55,277 bases of DNA, from NCBI GenBank assembly GCA_019057865.1, contig JAHLWP010000030.1:1-55277 (forward strand), read 5' to 3'. Source of the stretch: Promethearchaeota archaeon. Its GTDB lineage: Archaea; Asgardarchaeota; Lokiarchaeia; Sigyniarchaeales; SOKP01. A program made the translations under genes and the position numbers. Shown one piece after another: positions 48,173 to 55,277 of this stretch (positions are counted from its first letter, which is position 1; the number at the start of each line of letters is the position of its first letter). The notes below the pieces were generated by a model that saw only the letters and a list, made by a program, of their open reading frames with translations, did no database searches and was not told the DNA's origin.

Positions 48173-51046
48173 ATGAATGAATTTATTGTCATTAAAGGTG
48201 CCAGAGAGAACAATTTAAAAGATATTGACGTAAAAATACCACGTAATAAGCTTGTGGTTGTAACTGGCATTAGTGGGAGCGGAAAAAGTTCCCTTGTTAT
48301 TAATACTTTGTATGCAGAAGGACAAAGACGGTTTCTTGAATCTTTATCTAGTTATGCAAGACAATTTCTTGGAGAGATGGATAAACCAGATGTAGATTCT
48401 ATAGAGGGCTTATCTCCTGCAATCGCTATTGAACAAAAACCGTTATCAAAAAATCCTAGAAGTACAGTAGGTACGGTAACAGAGATATATGATCATTACA
48501 GACTATTATATGCAAATGTAGGAATACCTCATTGTCCAAATTGCGGTAAAGAAATTAAACCTCAAACTCCGCAACAAATAATCCAACAAATTTTAGATTC
48601 AATCAAAGAAAATCAAAAATTTATAATTAAAGCCCCGGTAATAAGAGATAGGAAGGGAGAATATAAAGAACTCTTGCAAGATCTTAAAAAACAAGGATAT
48701 GTAAGAGTTGAGATTGATGGTATTCAGTACACTCTTGATGAAGAAATTTCAATTGAAAAAAATGTTAAACACACAATTAATGTTATTGTGGACAGGTTAG
48801 TAATGAAAAAAGATATTAGGGCAAGACTCGCAGATTCAATTGAAACGGCTTTAGATCTAACAGATGGTTTAGTTATTGTTGAGATTGTCGAAAAAGGGGA
48901 ACAAGTTTATTCTGAACATCTCGCTTGTATTGATTGTGGAATATCCTTTCCTCCCCTAGATCACAAAATGTTTTCATTTAATATACCTCATGGAAGTTGT
49001 AAATATTGTAGTGGTTTAGGCAATGTTATGGAGTTTGATTATGATTTTTTTCTTGGAAATGATTTAGATGTTCCACTACAAGAAACACCTATTAGAGATA
49101 TTCCTGGATTTGGATCTTTAAATGGATATTCTTGGCAAACCATAGTGCAAGTTGCTAAACATTATGGATTCGACACTGATAATACTCCCATTAAAGATAT
49201 TGACCCCACAAAACTTCATAAAATACTTTTTGGATCGGATAATGAATCAATTGACTTTCATTTTGAAAGTGATAATAATGACTATAAAAATCATAATAGT
49301 GAATTTAAATCTTCTTGGCAAGTTGTAAGACCTTTTGAGGGATTAATTCCAATACTTCACAGAAGGTATATGGAAACTCGTTCAGAATGGGCCCGTGATG
49401 TTTATGAAAGTTTTATGAATCGAATAGCTTGCCCTCAGTGTAATGGTAAAAGGTTAAAACCAGAAAGTTTAGCCGTAACTATAAATGATCTTAATATTGC
49501 TGATTTATCTAACTTAGCTGTTAAGGATTCCTTAAAGTTTTTCAAAAACGAAATAAAACTAAATGAAACTGAAAAGACTATAGTTAAAGACGTGTTAAAA
49601 GAAATATTAGATAGATTATCTTTTCTTGAAAATGTTGGGCTAGATTATATTTCATTAAACCGTCGTTCAGATACTTTATCTGTAGGAGAAGCGGAAAGAA
49701 TTAGAATAGCTACTCAATTAGGATCTAGCTTAGTAGGTGTATTATACGTATTAGATGAACCTAGTATAGGATTACATCAAAGAGATATCTCTCGCCTTGT
49801 TAGTATGCTGAAGAAGTTAAGAGATTTAGGTAATACAGTTATTGTAGTTGAACATGATGAGGCAATAATGCGTAATGCAGATCATATCATTGATTTAGGT
49901 CCATTAGCAGGCGAGAGAGGAGGTGAAATAGTAGCTGAAGGTCCAATAGAAACTATAATTACGTCAAATACCTTAACCGGAGAATATTTATCAGGGAAAA
50001 AAAGAATTGAAATTCCAAAAAATAGACGGAAAATCAGTAAAGATATTATTGAAATAAAAGGAGCAGAAGAAAATAATTTAAAAAGTATTAATGTAAAAAT
50101 CCCTTTGGGTGTATTTGTATGTATAACAGGAGTTTCTGGAGCTGGAAAAACTAGCTTAATTATTGATTGCTTATATAAAGGACTTCATAATTTAATAAAC
50201 ACTCGGAGTTCTAAGGTGAATCAAGGAAAATTTGATAAAATAATTGGTTTTGAGAAAATAGATAAAATCATAAATATTGACCAATCACCAATAGGAAGAA
50301 CTCCAAGGTCAGTCCCCGCTACTTATACAAAAGCACTAGATTATATCAGGGAAATATTTGCCGGACTACCAGAATCTAGAGAAAGGGGTTATAAGAAAGG
50401 AAGATTTAGTTTTAATACAAAAGCCGGGCATTGTAAAAAATGCAAAGGAAAAGGCTTCATCCTTAAGGAAATGTATTTCTTACCCGATGTGTATATAAAA
50501 TGTGATTTATGTAAAGGTAAAAGATATAATGCTGAAACATTAGATATTAAATATCACGGAAAATCAATTTATAATATTCTGAAAATGACTTTCCACCAAG
50601 CCTTAGAGTTCTTTGATAGTTTTCCAAAATTAAAAAGAACTATTAAAACAGTAGTAGATGTTGGTTTAGGTTATTTAGAATTAGGCCAATCTTCAACAAC
50701 TCTGAGCGGAGGAGAATCACAACGTTTAAAAATTGCTAGAGAATTGAGAAAAGCAAGTACGGGAAATACACTCTATATTTTAGATGAACCAACAACGGGG
50801 CTTAGCTCTTTCGATATTAATTATCTGCTAAAAGTTCTTCAAAAATTAGTAGATAAAGGTAATACAGTGATCATTATTGAACACAATATGGATGTCATAA
50901 AATCAGTAGATCATATCATCGATCTTGGACCTGAAGGGGGAGAAAAAGGTGGAAAAGTAGTCGTAATAGGGTCTCCGGAAGAAATAATTAATTCAAAAGG
51001 TTCTTATACAGCTAAATATCTTAAAAAACATTTAAATGATAATTAA
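48173..51046 (+). CDS. uvrA: excinuclease ABC subunit A
   Basis: GARENNLK, two ABC cassettes and Zn fingers. Confidence 0.97.
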   Translation: MNEFIVIKGARENNLKDIDVKIPRNKLVVVTGISGSGKSSLVINTLYAEGQRRFLESLSSYARQFLGEMDKPDVDSIEGLSPAIAIEQKPLSKNPRSTVGTVTEIYDHYRLLYANVGIPHCPNCGKEIKPQTPQQIIQQILDSIKENQKFIIKAPVIRDRKGEYKELLQDLKKQGYVRVEIDGIQYTLDEEISIEKNVKHTINVIVDRLVMKKDIRARLADSIETALDLTDGLVIVEIVEKGEQVYSEHLACIDCGISFPPLDHKMFSFNIPHGSCKYCSGLGNVMEFDYDFFLGNDLDVPLQETPIRDIPGFGSLNGYSWQTIVQVAKHYGFDTDNTPIKDIDPTKLHKILFGSDNESIDFHFESDNNDYKNHNSEFKSSWQVVRPFEGLIPILHRRYMETRSEWARDVYESFMNRIACPQCNGKRLKPESLAVTINDLNIADLSNLAVKDSLKFFKNEIKLNETEKTIVKDVLKEILDRLSFLENVGLDYISLNRRSDTLSVGEAERIRIATQLGSSLVGVLYVLDEPSIGLHQRDISRLVSMLKKLRDLGNTVIVVEHDEAIMRNADHIIDLGPLAGERGGEIVAEGPIETIITSNTLTGEYLSGKKRIEIPKNRRKISKDIIEIKGAEENNLKSINVKIPLGVFVCITGVSGAGKTSLIIDCLYKGLHNLINTRSSKVNQGKFDKIIGFEKIDKIINIDQSPIGRTPRSVPATYTKALDYIREIFAGLPESRERGYKKGRFSFNTKAGHCKKCKGKGFILKEMYFLPDVYIKCDLCKGKRYNAETLDIKYHGKSIYNILKMTFHQALEFFDSFPKLKRTIKTVVDVGLGYLELGQSSTTLSGGESQRLKIARELRKASTGNTLYILDEPTTGLSSFDINYLLKVLQKLVDKGNTVIIIEHNMDVIKSVDHIIDLGPEGGEKGGKVVVIGSPEEIINSKGSYTAKYLKKHLNDN

Positions 51047-51145
51047 GTCTTAAAAAAGAAAAATTTCTTTACTTTTCCTTACTTTTTTTAAAATATAATT
51101 CATAATAAGAAGATAATTACGTTAATTCCAAATTTGTGGTGAAAA

Positions 51146-52954
51146 ATGGCTACTCAAGAAGAATCGAAAATAATTAGAGCCCCTATTGCATGTATTTTAG
51201 GTCATATTGATCATGGGAAAACATCACTCTTAGATTATATTCGGGGTACAGTTGTACAAAAAAGAGAAGCCGCTGGGATAACTCAGCACATAGGAGCTTC
51301 ATACTTTCCAATACAAGATATTAAAGAGTTCCTAAAAAAATCAAAACAAGAATTTGCAGAAAAGGATATTAAACTTCCAGGCATATTAGTAATTGATACT
51401 CCAGGTCACGCTGCTTTTTTGAATCTTAGAAGAAGAGGAGGTGCTGTTGCAGATATAGCAATTTTAGTAATTGATGTAACTGCTGGGACAATGCCAATAA
51501 CATGGGAATCTGTAAGAATACTGAGAGAAAGAAAAACGCCTTTTGTCATAGCTGCTAATAAAATTGATAGAATATCTGGTTGGAAATCTAAAAATGATGC
51601 TGACTTTTTAGACGTTTATAATACCCAAAAACCTCATGTAAAGGATTTTTTAGATGAAAAACTTCTTCAAATAGGTACCAACTTTTTAGTAGAGGGCTTT
51701 AAAGGGATAGATAGATATGATAAAATAAAGGATTTCACTAAAAAGATTGCTATTATTCCTACAAGTGCAAAAACAGGGGAAGGAATCTCAACATTATTAT
51801 TGATATTAATGGGCTTAGTTCAACAATATCTAACACCAAATTTAAAATTCTCTGAAGGCCCTGCTAAAGGGGTTGTTTTAGAAGTAAAGAAGGAAAAGGG
51901 TCAAGGAAAAACAATGGATGTATTAATTTATGACGGTATTATTAGAAGAGGAGATGATTTTATTGTTGGAGGATTAGAAAAACCAATTAAATCAAAAGTG
52001 AGAGCATTATTAATTCCTAAACCATTAGATGAAATTAGAGATCCTCGCCAAAAATTCGATTCTGAAGAATTTATAAGCGCAGCTGCGGGCGTAAAAATCT
52101 TGGCTCCCAATATTGATGATGTAGTAGCAGGATCACCTTTTAGAGTGATTGGAGATCCCTCAGAAGAAGAGATTGTCTATAAAGAAATAGAAGAAGAAGT
52201 TCAAGCTATTAGGATTAAAACAGAAAAGGCAGGAGTGGTATTAAAGGCAGATACTTTAGGATCTCTTGAAGCATTAGTAAGTTTTTTTACAAAAAATGGA
52301 GTTAAAATTAGTGTGGCTGATGTTGGACCAATTAAGAAGGAAGATGTAATGAATGCAAATATAGTTAAAGATTTCGATCCCTATTCTGCAACTGTTTTAG
52401 GGTTTAATATTACGATATTACCAGAAGCTCAAGAACAAGCTAATATTGATAATATCAGAATCTTTACAAATAAAGTTATTTATCGATTATTAGAAGATTA
52501 TATTGAATATGCTGAAACTAGGAAAGCAGAAGATACCGCTAAAGCGTTAAGTGAATTAGTATTACCAGCAAAGATTAAGATGCTCCCAGATTTTATATTT
52601 AGAAATTCAGATCCCGCAGTATTTGGTGTACATATTGAAGCTGGAACCTTATATCCAAAAGTATCCTTAATAACTAACACTGGAAAAAGAGTCAGAAGAA
52701 TTCATCAAATTCAAGATAAAGGTCAAACAATAGAAAAAGCAAATAAGGATTCTGAGGTAGCTATTTCTATCCGTGGTATTGAAATAGGTCGAGATATAGA
52801 AAAAGATGAAACTCTATTCGTAAATGTCCCCGAATCTCACGTTAGGCAACTAATGGGAAAGTTCATTGATGAGTTAACCACAGATCAAAAACAAGCTCTA
52901 AGAGAGTTTATTAAATTAAAGAGAACCCACGAGCATCCTTGGTGGGGTATGTAA
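51146..52954 (+). CDS. infB: translation initiation factor aIF5B
   Basis: GHIDHGKT, AGITQHIGA, DTPGH, NKID and KADTLGSLEAL motifs. Confidence 0.97.
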   Translation: MATQEESKIIRAPIACILGHIDHGKTSLLDYIRGTVVQKREAAGITQHIGASYFPIQDIKEFLKKSKQEFAEKDIKLPGILVIDTPGHAAFLNLRRRGGAVADIAILVIDVTAGTMPITWESVRILRERKTPFVIAANKIDRISGWKSKNDADFLDVYNTQKPHVKDFLDEKLLQIGTNFLVEGFKGIDRYDKIKDFTKKIAIIPTSAKTGEGISTLLLILMGLVQQYLTPNLKFSEGPAKGVVLEVKKEKGQGKTMDVLIYDGIIRRGDDFIVGGLEKPIKSKVRALLIPKPLDEIRDPRQKFDSEEFISAAAGVKILAPNIDDVVAGSPFRVIGDPSEEEIVYKEIEEEVQAIRIKTEKAGVVLKADTLGSLEALVSFFTKNGVKISVADVGPIKKEDVMNANIVKDFDPYSATVLGFNITILPEAQEQANIDNIRIFTNKVIYRLLEDYIEYAETRKAEDTAKALSELVLPAKIKMLPDFIFRNSDPAVFGVHIEAGTLYPKVSLITNTGKRVRRIHQIQDKGQTIEKANKDSEVAISIRGIEIGRDIEKDETLFVNVPESHVRQLMGKFIDELTTDQKQALREFIKLKRTHEHPWWGM

Positions 52955-53039
52955 TAATGAGAAATCCTTTTTTAATCTAAAGTAATATTTAATTGTATGT
53001 ATACTATTTACATTATTAATTGATATTTTTACAAGTAAT

Positions 53040-54521
53040 ATGACATCGATTAATGAGATCTTAACAAACACCCTAAATCAAATCATTCCAACTAATCAAG
53101 AGTTAAAGGTAATTAATGAAATAGTTGAGAAATTAAAGCATTTACTAAAAAGCAAAGCAGAAGAATTAAACATTAATTACACTTTAATTGAATCGCAGGG
53201 ATCAACTGGTATCAAACAAACTCAATTAAAAGGGGATTTTGACATCGACTTATTTATTGGATTAGATTATAATTTATATAAACCAACATATGAAGGCCTA
53301 AGCAAAAATAAATTAAAAAAAGAATCCAAAAAAGATTTTTTAAGACTTTGTAATAATTGGATTATTAAATCTTTAACTTTAAAAGAATTTCAAAATCCAC
53401 GGCTTCTATATGCTGAACATCCATATGTAACAGTGGATTATATAGTAAATAACATTAAAATAAAAATCGATATTGTTCTATATTTTGATTTAGATAAAAA
53501 ATTCATAGAACAAAAGGGACCAATCACCGCAGTTGACAGATCTCCTTGGCATGGTCGATTTATAAGGAAAAATTTAACTGTTGAACAGAAAAATGATGTT
53601 AGGTTATTAAAGCAATTCTTTAAATCTAGTCATTGTTATGGAGATACTAGTGCTGTTGGTAAGGTTGGATTTATTGGATACAGTGCTGAATTATTGATCT
53701 ATTATTTTGGGAATATTCAAAAACTTTTTAGAAATTTTCACACTCTAAAACAAAAACCGTTGGATTATTATAAAAGAAATATCAATGAATTAAATAGAAT
53801 ACAACATTTTCAGAACGATTATCTTATAATTATAGATCCAATAGATAAGAATAGGAATGTTGCTTCAGCAATATCAGGAAAAGCATATACTTTTTGTAAC
53901 AAAAAAGTAAAAAAGTTTTTGAAAAAACCGTCTAAAGAATTTTTCATACAAAAAGCAATACCAGAAGCAGATCTTTCTAATTTAAAAGATCCACTTCTAT
54001 CAAAAATCTTCATTATCGAATTAAGAAATAATAATAAAGACATTCATTATACAATAAATAGAGATAAATTATATTCACTAGCAGAAAGCATTAAAACCAA
54101 TGGAGAAAGGGAGTTTACTCGTACAGAACGATTTGGAAGTATATTTTTTGAAATTTTTTTTGAAGATGAGATTGATGAATATAACATAGCTATTTATTGT
54201 GAAAAACCACAAATCCCAACAACATATATTCGAAGAGGGCCTCCAGTTAAAGAAAAATTTCATGCTACTAAATTTAAAGAAAAAAATCCAGAATATTTTG
54301 AAAAAAAAGGGTATTTATGGGTTGAAACTAAAAGAGAATATTATCAATTCTCTGAATTTTTAAAAGATTTTATTAAGAATAAAATTCCAGATAACCTTAG
54401 TGTTAATAATGTATCAATTTCTTTAAAGTGCAAATCTAGTTCTGGAAAAAGAACTATTTTCATTTTAAAAGAAATGGTTTTACCCTCTAACTGGTCCCGA
54501 ATGGGAAAAAATAAAAAATAA
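53040..54521 (+). CDS. cca: class I (archaeal) CCA-adding enzyme
   Basis: GS...T...DIDLF, YAEHPYV, AVDRSPWH and DPIDKNRNVASA motifs. Confidence 0.92.
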   Translation: MTSINEILTNTLNQIIPTNQELKVINEIVEKLKHLLKSKAEELNINYTLIESQGSTGIKQTQLKGDFDIDLFIGLDYNLYKPTYEGLSKNKLKKESKKDFLRLCNNWIIKSLTLKEFQNPRLLYAEHPYVTVDYIVNNIKIKIDIVLYFDLDKKFIEQKGPITAVDRSPWHGRFIRKNLTVEQKNDVRLLKQFFKSSHCYGDTSAVGKVGFIGYSAELLIYYFGNIQKLFRNFHTLKQKPLDYYKRNINELNRIQHFQNDYLIIIDPIDKNRNVASAISGKAYTFCNKKVKKFLKKPSKEFFIQKAIPEADLSNLKDPLLSKIFIIELRNNNKDIHYTINRDKLYSLAESIKTNGEREFTRTERFGSIFFEIFFEDEIDEYNIAIYCEKPQIPTTYIRRGPPVKEKFHATKFKEKNPEYFEKKGYLWVETKREYYQFSEFLKDFIKNKIPDNLSVNNVSISLKCKSSSGKRTIFILKEMVLPSNWSRMGKNKK

Positions 54522-54757
54522 ATTAGCAGAAATTCACAAACAGAAAGAAATTGAAATGTTAAAGAAATTAGGTTATAAATACGTTGAATAAACCAGAGGA
54601 AATTAAGAAAAATAACTAGTATTTTACAATTCTCTTTTCTTATTTTAAAATTAGACAAACAAAATTTTTTGTCGCAATCAGCGCAAGTTTAAATATTCGA
54701 GGTATATATTATGTTTAGTCTGATTAAATTAGTTAACATCATTCAGAAGGAAATATA

Positions 54758-55186
54758 GTGATAAGAGATTTACAAGACTTGTGGATTATGAAAGAAGGAG
54801 GAGTAGTTGTATTTAGTAAAAAGAATAACAAGAGTATCAATGACCAGTTTATAGGAGGTTTTATTAGTGCATTATCTTCTTTTACAAAAGTTATCTTAAA
54901 TGATATATTATCTCATTTTGTTACTCATAATTTACAGGTAAAAATTTTATCTAAAGAGGGATTCATGTTTGTGGGCAGATTTCCTAAAAAGGTAAAAGAT
55001 AAACAAGTAAAAAAAGAACTGGATTATATAGTAAGTAAATTCTTTGAATATTTTCCTCAAGATCAAATAAACAAATTTGGAACTGATATGAAATATTATC
55101 AAAAATTTGAAGATATTCTTACTCACAATTATGAAACGTTAACAGACTATATTTCTTATATTTGGAATAACAAAACAAATGAGTAG
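54758..55186 (+). CDS. longin-like domain protein
   Basis: LWIMKEGGVVVF...FIGGFISALSSF...KFFEYF pattern. Confidence 0.6.
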   Translation: MIRDLQDLWIMKEGGVVVFSKKNNKSINDQFIGGFISALSSFTKVILNDILSHFVTHNLQVKILSKEGFMFVGRFPKKVKDKQVKKELDYIVSKFFEYFPQDQINKFGTDMKYYQKFEDILTHNYETLTDYISYIWNNKTNE

Positions 55187-55277
55187 GATTATTTTAATTA
55201 TTATTTGGCTTTATTAAAATATAAAGTATTTCGAAAGTTCTATAATGCTTTTAATAAAGTATTAAGATCTAATTAGA

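Noticed and set aside
46130-51046. uvrBA without uvrC as an anomaly
   Set aside because: uvrC is often unlinked and may lie outside the window.

Overview
AT-rich archaeal chromosome segment, most consistent with an Asgard archaeon (Lokiarchaeia-like). The inference rests on archaeal information-processing genes together with roadblock/longin-like proteins, an Arf-like small GTPase and SCP2 paralogues. The right half (about 25-55 kb) is mostly housekeeping: TFS, RPA small subunit, PCNA, PriL, PriS, GINS, Nop10, aIF2alpha, EF-1alpha, RpoL, Csl4, METTL5, enolase, RFC-S, TruA, AglB, UvrB, UvrA, aIF5B and CCA-adding enzyme. The left half is accessory and rearranged: three tRNAs carrying four non-canonical bulge-helix-bulge (BHB) introns, a Thermotoga-type inositol catabolism cluster (iolN, iolO, iolM), and several partial duplications. 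The main finding is that iolM is split inside its catalytic-zinc motif (CG|ICGSD) by a 29-nt insert (11315-11343) that folds into a canonical BHB. Cutting at the standard endonuclease positions restores a 392-aa frame, so this is a predicted mRNA intron. A second, diverged 190-nt exon 1 ending at the same splice position lies 4.2 kb upstream. Between the two exon-1 copies sits a two-gene cassette encoding a 949-aa protein with two HNH-like domains, which suggests an intron-associated mobile or homing element, or alternative first-exon splicing. All calls are by eye and from memory of protein families; no searches were run.
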